This document shows, in pieces, positions 28,262 through 36,697 of a stretch of DNA of 64,000 bases (position 1 is the first letter of the stretch; every line of letters starts with the position of its first letter). The stretch is taken from positions 25,231 through 89,230 of the forward strand of contig JAGBCA010000014.1 of the NCBI GenBank assembly GCA_017938205.1. The letters run 5' to 3'. This DNA comes from Clostridia bacterium (GTDB lineage Bacteria; Bacillota; Clostridia; Oscillospirales; CAG-272). The notes under the pieces are model-generated. The model was not told the DNA's origin. It worked only from the letters and a program-made list of their open reading frames with translations, and ran no database searches. The translations under genes were made by a program, and so were the position numbers.

Positions 28262-28728
28262 AAGGTTTTTTCGGCAAGGTTAACAATTTGTTTTCCAAGC
28301 ATCCTTGCATATTTCAAAGCATTGTATGCGCCCCCTTTTTCTCGTTCCACATAACAGACAAAGAGATCGGTTTGCTCCACCATCCATCGATTGCGTTTTG
28401 TAATCGCACCTTTCGGATGACTTTTTGAAATACATTCAGGGATTATTACACTGTCATAATATTTTTCATAGTATTCAGTATATTTTCCACGATACGGCAG
28501 TACACATATCAATTCACTGTTTTCCTTTCCAATTTCCTGTTGAATTCGCTTAACAATCGATGCAGCATAAACATCAAACTCTCCGTTACGACCAATATAT
28601 ATCTCCACAAACGATTTTTCTCTTATCAAATCCTTCAATAGCGGATATAGATATTCTTCAAGCAGCTTGTGTTGACCGAAATCACGATGTCCAAAAAGTA
28701 CAACTCGATATATCTTTTCTTGCCACAT
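28258..28728 (-). CDS. SLOG superfamily (YpsA/DUF1273-like) protein
   Basis: LFGHR, GRNGEFD, VLPY, AITKRNRWMVE, GGAYNALKYA...GK; visibly AT-rich. Confidence 0.7.
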   Translation of the reverse strand: MWQEKIYRVVLFGHRDFGQHKLLEEYLYPLLKDLIREKSFVEIYIGRNGEFDVYAASIVKRIQQEIGKENSELICVLPYRGKYTEYYEKYYDSVIIPECISKSHPKGAITKRNRWMVEQTDLFVCYVEREKGGAYNALKYARMLGKQIVNLAEKTL

Positions 28729-28892
28729 TTTACAATCCCGCCCGTCTATAAACATTCAAATATAAGTATACCACAAAATTATAGAAATATCAACTATTAG
28801 TTATGGTGTTATCCTTTTATATTCTGTATTAATCAAAAAATATAATCTATACTATTGGTTGATAAGAGTAACTAATATTTAAGAGGTATTTT

Positions 28893-29222
28893 ATGAACAC
28901 TTCGTCCATAGGAAAGCGGATACGGAAAGTTCGTGAGCAAAAGGGTTGGCGGCAAGAGGATTTTGCAGAGAAAATCGGTTTGAGCGTCACTTATACGGGA
29001 ATGATCGAGCGCGGAGAAAAGGTACCGAAGCTGGAAACCTTTATCACGATCGCCAACGCGCTTGGCGTATCAGCAGATCAGCTTCTTGCAGACGTGCTCG
29101 ATACGGGATACAATATTAAATCATCTGCAATGACAGAGAATATCGAAAAACTGCCCCAAGCGGAGCGCGAGCGCATTTACTGTGTCGTGAATGCAATGAT
29201 TGATTATAGCAAAAAGCATTAA
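28893..29222 (+). CDS. XRE-family HTH transcriptional regulator
   Basis: IGKRIRKVREQKGWRQEDFAEKIGLS...IERG...PKLETFITIANALGVSADQLL. Confidence 0.92.
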   Translation: MNTSSIGKRIRKVREQKGWRQEDFAEKIGLSVTYTGMIERGEKVPKLETFITIANALGVSADQLLADVLDTGYNIKSSAMTENIEKLPQAERERIYCVVNAMIDYSKKH

Positions 29223-29261
29223 ACAAAATCGGCAAGGATCAAAAATCCTTGCCGATTTTGT
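29223..29261. terminator. Bidirectional intrinsic terminator
   Basis: ACAAAATCGGCAAGGAT-caaaa-ATCCTTGCCGATTTTGT. Confidence 0.85.
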
Positions 29262-29268
29262 TATTCTC

Positions 29269-30150
29269 TCACTTTTCCAGCTTTGAGAGGACGGTTTCGA
29301 TGTATTTTTTTGGGGAGAGGCCGGTTTCAGCCTTGAAGGCGCGTGAAAAATAATGCAGCGAGCTATAGCCAACGCGCTCGGCAACCTCAGTGGCTGAATA
29401 TTTTTGCAGGCGCAAGAGGCGCTTGGCTTCCTTGATCTTCAAGGCGGATACGTATTCAAGGACGGATTTACCGTGTTCGCGCTTGAACTCGCGGCAGACC
29501 GTGGTTTTATTCGTTGCAAAGAGGAAGCAGAGGCTATCGAGGGTGATGCGCTCCGTAAAATGCTCGTTGATATATTGGGTGATATGCGCAACGGCGGTGT
29601 TGCCGCTATCACTCACATCGAGAAACGAGCCCTCCTCCTTTTTGCGGCGGATCAGAGAGATCAAAAGCTCCTCCAGATGGTTTTTCAAAAGCTGATCCGC
29701 ACCAAAGGGATAAGAATCGCGCTTTTTCATATCGGCGGTGTTCGGCATATCGTAGGGCGGCATATAGACGCTCATTCCGTCCTTCAAGATCTCGGAGAGG
29801 AGGCGCTTTTCCTTGGCGGAGAGTGCTGTAGGCAATCGGCTGAAGGAGGAAAGCTCCATGCAATCGCAGGAAAAGCCGATGATGATCACGCCCGGGGCAA
29901 GCCCATCCGTGCAGGAGAGACTGTGCATTTCGCCTGCGCGGTGGATGAGCATATGACCGTCCGAAAGCTCGCCTGAAAAGCCTTCGCTTTCGATGCGCAA
30001 TGCGCCCTTATCGATATAGATCAGCTCGCAGAAATCGTGCGCGTCCGAATGGGTCTTATACTGATCGGTGAACTCAAAATAATGGATGTTCGCGATCTTT
30101 TTGACCGATACGGCAGTTTCAAAATCTTTCAGAACGTACTGCACCGTCAT
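29269..30150 (-). CDS. AraC family transcriptional regulator
   Basis: HDFCELIYIDKG cupin; GYSSLHYFSRAFKAETGLSPKKY. Confidence 0.92.
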   Translation of the reverse strand: MTVQYVLKDFETAVSVKKIANIHYFEFTDQYKTHSDAHDFCELIYIDKGALRIESEGFSGELSDGHMLIHRAGEMHSLSCTDGLAPGVIIIGFSCDCMELSSFSRLPTALSAKEKRLLSEILKDGMSVYMPPYDMPNTADMKKRDSYPFGADQLLKNHLEELLISLIRRKKEEGSFLDVSDSGNTAVAHITQYINEHFTERITLDSLCFLFATNKTTVCREFKREHGKSVLEYVSALKIKEAKRLLRLQKYSATEVAERVGYSSLHYFSRAFKAETGLSPKKYIETVLSKLEK

Positions 30151-30198
30151 GATCCCTTTCTTTGATTTATACCATTTTATCGTTGATTATTTTTTTGA

Positions 30199-30442
30199 GG
30201 TTGCGCCGAAAGGCACCGCTCCCCTCTTTTTAAGAGCGAGGGGATTTTGTGCGAAAATCCGTGTTCTTCCGACCGTGAGCGGTATTCACATACCGCGAGG
30301 GAGGAAAACGCGGATAGAAAATGACCTTTTTCTTTTTTGGAGAAATTCGGAGAATTTCAACCATAATATATATGGCGTTTTTTCAAATTTATTTTCTCCG
30401 TTTTATTTCGGTCATTTTCGGTTGCGCCGAAAGGCACCGCTC
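30199..30442. repeat. Multi-hairpin intergenic element bounded by 23-bp direct repeats
   Basis: GGTTGCGCCGAAAGGCACCGCTC at 30199-30221 and 30420-30442; internal inverted repeats at 30257-30315 and 30317-30419. Confidence 0.7.
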
Positions 30443-32131
30443 TTAAAACTCGTGGTATACTTTTTTCACAGCATCGTAGGCCTGCTTCGGCTTTCTGTAT
30501 TCATTCAAAATTCCCTTATTGTTATAGCCGCGGGCGCGGTTGAGATTTTTGAAGGAGGTTCTCGCATCGGCAAAGTGCCAGATGTAGCAGCCGCCGAATT
30601 TTTCGTCCGTCAAGAAGAGGCGGATACAATAGTCAAGCAGCTCGGCTTGATAATTTTCCGACCAGATCTCGGTATCAAAATCGCGCTTGCCGTAGATCGC
30701 GGCGGCGCCAAACTCGCTCATGATCATCGGGCGTGCGGGCAGGCCCTGCGCTTCGATATGCGCGTGCAGCTCCTTAACGTAATCGGCGGTGCCGGGCAGG
30801 TCGTACCGATACCAGCCGTGATAATCGTTGATGCAATAAAGATCCGTATAGGCAAGGCAGATATCCTCAAGGGGATAGCAGGTTGCGTAGGTCACAAGGC
30901 GGTTGCCTCCCTTTTCCTTCAAAAACGCATAGAGCTTTTTCGTCAGATCCAAGGTGGATTCAGCGCTGACGGGCATTTCGTTGTGCATACCGAAGATCAG
31001 GATGGAGGGATGGTTATAGTAATAATGCACCATATCGCGCATCATTTCCTCGCCGCGTGCGACGACGATCGGATCTGCCACGGTCTCTGCTGAGAAGCCG
31101 ATGCCCCAGAAGGGGATCTCTGACCAAAAGGTGAGGCCGCTCTCATCCAGAAGATCGAGGAAGGGGCGCGCGTTCGGATAGTGCGAGCCGCGGATAGAAT
31201 TGATGCCCATATCCTTGATGATCTCGATGTCTCTGCCCATCATGGCCTCTGGAAAGGCGAATCCGAGATCGGGGTGCTCCTCGTGGCGGTTAACGCCCTT
31301 GATCATAAAGGGCTTGCCGTTGAGAAGGATCTTGTAGCCCTTGGCTTCGATCTTGCGGAAGCCAACACGGTCAAAGAGATCGTCCGTTTCGGTTTCGGCC
31401 TTCAGGGCATACAGCTCAGGTGCACCAATGTCCCAAAGGCGAATATTTTCTACCTTCACCGTGTCGGTTACGACCGTTTTATGCTCACCTGCGCAAACAG
31501 ATACGGGCATAGAGCAAAGCACTTCGTTTTCAAGCGTGATCCGCAGGGTGCTTTCACCCGCGTCTGCGCCGAAGATCTCTACCTCAAAGGATACCTCTGC
31601 CGTGGAAAGATCCTCGGAGAGCGTGTAATGCATATGATTTTTCAGAATGGAAACGCCCGAAAGGTATTCCAGCGTGACCGAACGGGTGATGCCGCCGTGA
31701 TGATACCAGTCTACCACCTCCTGCGGGATGGAATGCGCATCAAAGCGGTTATCCACGCGTACAGTGAGGCGGTGATCGCCTGCCACCTTGTTTTCAAGAA
31801 GGAACTCGAACTCGCAGAATCCGCCGTAGTGCTTACCGATCTCCTCACCGTCAAGATACACGGTGCAATCGGTCATGACCGCACCGAAGTGCAGGCGGAC
31901 GCTTCCCTTCTCGATATAAACGCTTCTTTCGTACCAGCAAACGCCCTCGTAGCCGAGGAGCGTGGGGGTGGAGGCGAAAACGGAGGGAACGTAGGTGCTC
32001 GTTGTCTCTGCGGGGAGGCCGTTTTGATAGCCGAGGGCTACGCCCTGATCCTCCTTATCGGTAAGAAAGCGCCAAAGTCCGTCAAGAGAGACTGAGCGGC
32101 GCTTGTTATGCTCTGTAATAAATCTTTTCAT
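30443..32131 (-). CDS. GH2 beta-hexuronidase (beta-glucuronidase-like)
   Basis: KGVNRHEEHP, RGSHYP, NHPS..HNE (acid/base), MSEFG (nucleophile), WHFAD, NNKG (N-K motif). Confidence 0.85.
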   Translation of the reverse strand: MKRFITEHNKRRSVSLDGLWRFLTDKEDQGVALGYQNGLPAETTSTYVPSVFASTPTLLGYEGVCWYERSVYIEKGSVRLHFGAVMTDCTVYLDGEEIGKHYGGFCEFEFLLENKVAGDHRLTVRVDNRFDAHSIPQEVVDWYHHGGITRSVTLEYLSGVSILKNHMHYTLSEDLSTAEVSFEVEIFGADAGESTLRITLENEVLCSMPVSVCAGEHKTVVTDTVKVENIRLWDIGAPELYALKAETETDDLFDRVGFRKIEAKGYKILLNGKPFMIKGVNRHEEHPDLGFAFPEAMMGRDIEIIKDMGINSIRGSHYPNARPFLDLLDESGLTFWSEIPFWGIGFSAETVADPIVVARGEEMMRDMVHYYYNHPSILIFGMHNEMPVSAESTLDLTKKLYAFLKEKGGNRLVTYATCYPLEDICLAYTDLYCINDYHGWYRYDLPGTADYVKELHAHIEAQGLPARPMIMSEFGAAAIYGKRDFDTEIWSENYQAELLDYCIRLFLTDEKFGGCYIWHFADARTSFKNLNRARGYNNKGILNEYRKPKQAYDAVKKVYHEF

Positions 32132-32229
32132 TTGCTGTCCTTTTGCCTTTCTTTTTGGTCATATCTATAATAATACAGTTGTCCTATAAAAGCAAGACTG
32201 CTTTTTAAATTTATAATGTTTTTGCTTTT

Positions 32230-32445
32230 TTATTCTCCGATATACGTGAATCTCAAAGCCTCACGGTCGCCAACACGCACGGTTTCGCTCCACATCGAAA
32301 GCGGACGCACCCACAATTCACCCGCGCCGTACAACGCACGGTAAACGACCATTTTTTCGAGCGTTTCGGAATGGTTGGCAATATCGATCAGCTCATACTC
32401 GTTTCCCTTATAGTGACGGTATCTTCCTTTTTTCGGTTCTTCCAT
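32230..32445 (-). CDS. DUF1653 family protein
   Basis: GRYRHYKGNEY, HSETLEKMVVYRALYG, WVRPLSMW, RF. Confidence 0.9.
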   Translation of the reverse strand: MEEPKKGRYRHYKGNEYELIDIANHSETLEKMVVYRALYGAGELWVRPLSMWSETVRVGDREALRFTYIGE

Positions 32446-32567
32446 TTCCGTTCTCCCTTTCGATGATTTTGTCATACAAGAAAAATACGCCCTCGGTGCA
32501 ATCATCGATCTACCTCAGGCGAATTTCTTTTTCTTTAAAGCCCTCTCGCTCTCTGCTCAAGCGAAGA

Positions 32568-32681
32568 TCACAGGGCTTGCACAATGTAGCTGACTGCGAC
32601 GGCAATGGCTCCGATCGCCAAAGCGCCTACCATCACCAGAGCCAGGATTCTGGCTGCCATGGATTGCTTGTTTGAATTCAT
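32568..32681 (-). CDS. Small single-TM protein, 37 aa (not in ORF track)
   Basis: MNSNKQSMAARILALVMVGALAIGAIAVAVSYIVQAL*; GGAAGGA upstream; starts 27 bp after the MreB-like stop. Confidence 0.65.
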   Translation of the reverse strand: MNSNKQSMAARILALVMVGALAIGAIAVAVSYIVQAL

Positions 32682-32707
32682 ATGCTCATTCCTTCCGTTT
32701 TTAATCT

Positions 32708-33736
32708 TTATGTATTCTTCTCAGCCTTACGGTTCTCATACAGCTTTGCAAGCTGAGAGGTTATGTCCTTATTTGCGCTGCGCATACGCGCAGGAAGAAA
32801 ATTATTGATACGGGAAAGGCCCTTTGCCACGCTATCCATCGGATCGTTCGGCATGGTCACACGAACCTCAAGCACGCGCTCGATCATACGGTCAAGCCCG
32901 AAGATCAGCGCACCGCCGCCCGAAAGGACGATTCCGTTCTCAAAAATATCCTCAACAAAATCCAAGGGGATCTTTTTCACAACGTCTGCGATCTCAAGAA
33001 GCAAGCGCGAGAGCGGCTTATCAAAAACGCCGACCACGTCCTCGGTCGTGAGATTCATAGTCACACGGTTGCCCGTGAGAGAAAGCGTTCCTTCTATATC
33101 AATGCTTTCCGAGGGCTTGCCCTGCCAGACCGCGCCAAGGCGCTCCTTTATGGCTCTTGCGACCGACAAGGAAACCGTTACATCTCCCTGCTCGCTGATA
33201 TAATCCTTCACCGCACGGTCAAAATCCTCGCCACCGATCGCAGCGGTGCTCTCATGCAGGATATTGCCCTTATGCAGAACAAGGATCTCGGTTGCGCCCG
33301 CGCCGACATTGACGGAAATAACGGAAAGAGAGGGCGAATACCCCGCGCCGATCAGCGCCGCCATCGCACGGCGAACGCCGTAGCACTGCGCGACACCGCT
33401 TTCGACCATCATATCGTAGAGCTCCTTTTCCTGCTTCGGCAGGATGGAGGAGGGCAGGCCGATCACCGCGCGGATCTTCTCCGCGGGCAGAACGGCAGAG
33501 ACCGCATTTCCGATCACCGCGCCCGTCATATCCTTGGAATACAAAAGACCGTTTTTAAAGGGACGGACGAGAACGCCGCCCTCCGAGGCCTTCTCCGTTG
33601 CCTCCGTTCCGAGAGAGAGAATGCGGCTGGTATTCTTATCCATCAATGCAACGGAGGGCTCACGGTATATCCCTGCGGCCACGTCCGAAAGCGTGATATT
33701 TGCATAACCAAGGTCAAGACCGATCTTCGTTATCAT
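32708..33736 (-). CDS. Divergent MreB/Mbl-family actin-like protein
   Basis: IGLDLGYAN, REPSVA, VRPFKNG, GGEDFD, GIVLSGGGAL, PMDSVAKG; AAAGGAG RBS. Confidence 0.85.
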   Translation of the reverse strand: MITKIGLDLGYANITLSDVAAGIYREPSVALMDKNTSRILSLGTEATEKASEGGVLVRPFKNGLLYSKDMTGAVIGNAVSAVLPAEKIRAVIGLPSSILPKQEKELYDMMVESGVAQCYGVRRAMAALIGAGYSPSLSVISVNVGAGATEILVLHKGNILHESTAAIGGEDFDRAVKDYISEQGDVTVSLSVARAIKERLGAVWQGKPSESIDIEGTLSLTGNRVTMNLTTEDVVGVFDKPLSRLLLEIADVVKKIPLDFVEDIFENGIVLSGGGALIFGLDRMIERVLEVRVTMPNDPMDSVAKGLSRINNFLPARMRSANKDITSQLAKLYENRKAEKNT

Positions 33737-33835
33737 GCCGTTCTCCTTTCTCGAAAATTTGTCGTTTCTTATATTATACACGATATAAAGAGCAAATGCA
33801 AGTGCTTTTTTAATTTTTGCAGAAAGCACCACTCC

Positions 33836-36064
33836 CTAAAAGGTCTCGTTGCTCTCCGATCGCACGCGCTCACAGAGCGTGGTATACCTTAGCACCCGAC
33901 GATCGTTACGTACCATCTGCTCCACAACCGAGACACATCCGACGAGGATCACCATGCTTCTTGCACGCGTGATCGCGGTATAGAGAAGATTTCTCGTCAT
34001 CAGCATGGGTGCACAGGGAAACACGGGAATGATCACCACGGGATATTCGCTCCCCTGGCTTTTATGCACCGTGATCGCATACGCGAGATCCAGCTGCTCC
34101 AATATTTCGAAGGGATAATCCGCCAGGCGATCGTCAAAGCGGATCAACATCCGCTCCTCGTGCGGCAGGATCTGCTCGATCACGCCGATATCGCCGTTGA
34201 AGATTCCCATGCCGGTAAGGCCGTTTTTCTCCCATTCGATCTCGTAATTGTTGACCGTTTGCATCACGCGGTCGCCCTCACGGAAAAGCACGCCGTGGTG
34301 CAGGCGTTCTTTTTTTACGCTCGTTTTTGGGTTCATGGATTCTCTGAGCGTTTTATTGAGTATCTCAACGCCGCCACTCCCCTTGCGTGAGGGGGTGATG
34401 ACCTGGATGCGGTCGCGGATCGATGCGCCGTAGGTTTTCGGCAGGCGGCGGAAGATCAGCTCGCTGACCGTTGTGGCAATGCTCGACTCGTCCTCACGGC
34501 GCACGAAAAAGAAATCTCCGCTCGTGGCGCTGAGAATGGGCATCTGCCCCTCGTTGATCTTATGCGCATTCGTAACGATGAGGCTCTTTTCGGATTGGCG
34601 AAAGATCTCCGTGAGGCAAACCGTTGGGATCTCTTCGCTGCGGATCAGATCCGCCAGCACGTTTCCCGCGCCAACCGAGGGAAGCTGGTTTGCATCACCG
34701 ATGAGGATCAGACGGCTGCCGCGGCGCATAGCGCGCAACAGAGCCTCAAAAAGATACAGATCGATCATGGATGCCTCATCCACGATCACGACCGTTTCGT
34801 CAAGCGTTGCGTGCTCATTACGATTGAAGCGAGGCTCCTTGCCCTCGGTGCGCTCCATTTCCAGCATACGGTGCACGGTTTTTGCCTCCGCGCCCGTTGC
34901 GCTGCTCATGCGCTTAGCGGCACGCCCTGTGGGCGCGGCAAGGACGGTTTTCTGCCCGAGACTCTCAAAGATCGAGAGCATGGCCTTAACGACTGTGGTT
35001 TTTCCCGTTCCCGGGCCGCCCGTGAGGATCATCATTCCTCCGTCCAACGCAGAAAAAATCGCTTTTCTTTGAAGCGTTTCGTATTCAACGCCCATTTGCG
35101 CCTCGACCTTTGCGATCAGGGCGGAAATATCCGCGCCCGAAAAGCACGGGGCTTCTCGCAGCAGACGGCCGATGCGCCGCGCCGCATAAGACTCCGCAGC
35201 GGCAACGCGGTTCAGCATAATGTAGGCCGTGCCCTCGTCATGAAAAACGTACAGCTTTCGCGAGGCGATCGCCTGATCGAGTGCGCCCACAACCACCGCC
35301 TCGGAAACCGAGATCTCTGCCGCCGTGGCGGCGATCAGCTTCTCTCTTGGCAGGCAGGTGTGGCCGTTGGTATCGGCGTTGTATCTGAGAACGTGCGAGA
35401 GCGCGGTAATAATACGCGCCTCGCCCTCGGCGGGATAGCCGAGAGAGGCCGCCATGGCATCTACCTTGCAAAAGGGGATGCCGCAGCCCTCGTCACAAAG
35501 AATGTATGGATTCTTTTCGATCATTCCTACGGCGCCTGCGCCAAAGCTTTTATACACGCGCGCAGATTCGCCCGTGCCAAGGTAATCGCGGCAAAACATC
35601 ACGACCCGACGCAGATCCGTTTGCTCACGGAAGGAGGCGCTGATCTTTGCGGCCTTCTTCATCGTTATGCCGGGAATATCCGCCAGCCATTCGGGATGAT
35701 TTTCCATCACCTCAAAGGTATCGGGGCCAAAGCGGTTGACGAGCTTCAACGCCGTGACAGGGCCGACGCCCTCCACCGTGCGTGAGGAGAGATATTTCAG
35801 AATATCGTCCACCGCCTTCGGCAGACTTTTTTCATAAGAGGTAAAGGAAAACTGACGGCCGTATTCGGGGTGGCGCGTATAGCTGCCGCGCAAAACAAGG
35901 CATTCCCCCTCGCCTGACGGAGGAAGAGTACCAACGGCGGTGATAAGCTCCGCCTCTCCCTCCGACCCCGTCACGGAAAGCTCAAGCACCGTGTAATCCG
36001 TTTGGTCACTATGAAAAACGATGCTTTCGATCACACCGCTGATCTCGATCTCCTTCGTTTGCAT
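33836..36064 (-). CDS. recD2: RecD2-type SF1B DNA helicase
   Basis: N-terminal OB/HhH region, TGGPGTGKTT, APTGRAAKR, VDEASM, GDANQLPSVGAG, AITVHKSQGSEY, YTAITRA. Confidence 0.93.
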   Translation of the reverse strand: MQTKEIEISGVIESIVFHSDQTDYTVLELSVTGSEGEAELITAVGTLPPSGEGECLVLRGSYTRHPEYGRQFSFTSYEKSLPKAVDDILKYLSSRTVEGVGPVTALKLVNRFGPDTFEVMENHPEWLADIPGITMKKAAKISASFREQTDLRRVVMFCRDYLGTGESARVYKSFGAGAVGMIEKNPYILCDEGCGIPFCKVDAMAASLGYPAEGEARIITALSHVLRYNADTNGHTCLPREKLIAATAAEISVSEAVVVGALDQAIASRKLYVFHDEGTAYIMLNRVAAAESYAARRIGRLLREAPCFSGADISALIAKVEAQMGVEYETLQRKAIFSALDGGMMILTGGPGTGKTTVVKAMLSIFESLGQKTVLAAPTGRAAKRMSSATGAEAKTVHRMLEMERTEGKEPRFNRNEHATLDETVVIVDEASMIDLYLFEALLRAMRRGSRLILIGDANQLPSVGAGNVLADLIRSEEIPTVCLTEIFRQSEKSLIVTNAHKINEGQMPILSATSGDFFFVRREDESSIATTVSELIFRRLPKTYGASIRDRIQVITPSRKGSGGVEILNKTLRESMNPKTSVKKERLHHGVLFREGDRVMQTVNNYEIEWEKNGLTGMGIFNGDIGVIEQILPHEERMLIRFDDRLADYPFEILEQLDLAYAITVHKSQGSEYPVVIIPVFPCAPMLMTRNLLYTAITRARSMVILVGCVSVVEQMVRNDRRVLRYTTLCERVRSESNETF

Positions 36065-36097
36065 GGAGCTCTCCTTTCTTGGGTCGTTAAATTATAA

Positions 36098-36667
36098 TTA
36101 CACCTCCGCCTCCTCCTCGTGGCGAGGAAGCGTAACGAAGCGATAGGTATGCTTCGTATCCGGCAGAATTTTTTCCAGAAGATCCGCCATGGAAATGCGG
36201 AGACTGGAGGTATTGATGCAGGGATGCATACCGATGCTCTCGGCATCCTTCAGCTCATCGTCGATCAAAACGCTGACTGCGCATTCGTGATCGTTATAAA
36301 GTCCAAGCGGTGAGAGTGAGCCCGGCGTAATGTCCAAAAGCTTTTCCATAAAGCGTCCGTCTGCAAACGAAAGCCTGGAAACACCGAGAAATGCGGAGAG
36401 ATCCTTGGTTTTGAATCTCTTGTCTCCCGGCATCAGGAGAAGATAAAACGCCGTGCTTTGCCGATTGGTCAGAAAAAGATTCTTACAAATGGATGCACCA
36501 AGAACCGCATCGATCTGCCCACACAGCTCCATCGTTTCTGCGGCCGCATGATCCACCCGATCGTATGTGATGTGGAGCGCATCAAGGCGCTGATACGTTT
36601 TTATCTCCTTTGGGATCCTTGCCGAAAGATCCGTCGGCGCTCCTTGTTCAAGTTTTAAATACGACAT
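36098..36667 (-). CDS. YbaK/ProX-like prolyl-tRNA editing protein
   Basis: CKNLFL, SRLSFA, PGSLSPLGL, HPCINTSSL. Confidence 0.88.
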   Translation of the reverse strand: MSYLKLEQGAPTDLSARIPKEIKTYQRLDALHITYDRVDHAAAETMELCGQIDAVLGASICKNLFLTNRQSTAFYLLLMPGDKRFKTKDLSAFLGVSRLSFADGRFMEKLLDITPGSLSPLGLYNDHECAVSVLIDDELKDAESIGMHPCINTSSLRISMADLLEKILPDTKHTYRFVTLPRHEEEAEV

Positions 36668-36679
36668 TATCAATCAATA

Positions 36680-36697
36680 TGCAAATAATTGTTTGCT
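36680..36697. repeat. 18-bp near-palindrome TGCAAATAATTGTTTGCT (copy 3 of 4)
   Basis: Directly abuts the stop codon of the NfnB/GltA gene, in the 30-bp gap before the ProX-like gene. Confidence 0.65.

Noticed and set aside
30356-30383. dif-like sequence (minus strand ...CGCCA-TATATA-TTATGGTTGAA)
   Set aside because: Only the TATATTATG core resembles dif; the XerC arm does not match and the XerD arm diverges after TTATG.
30086-31093. 335-aa plus-strand ORF crossing the structured intergenic element
   Set aside because: It is antisense to GH2 and AraC, has low-complexity Phe-rich translation and no clear RBS.
33836-36064. RecD-like helicase as a sign of a mobile element or defence system
   Set aside because: Ordinary chromosomal RecD2 architecture with housekeeping neighbours.
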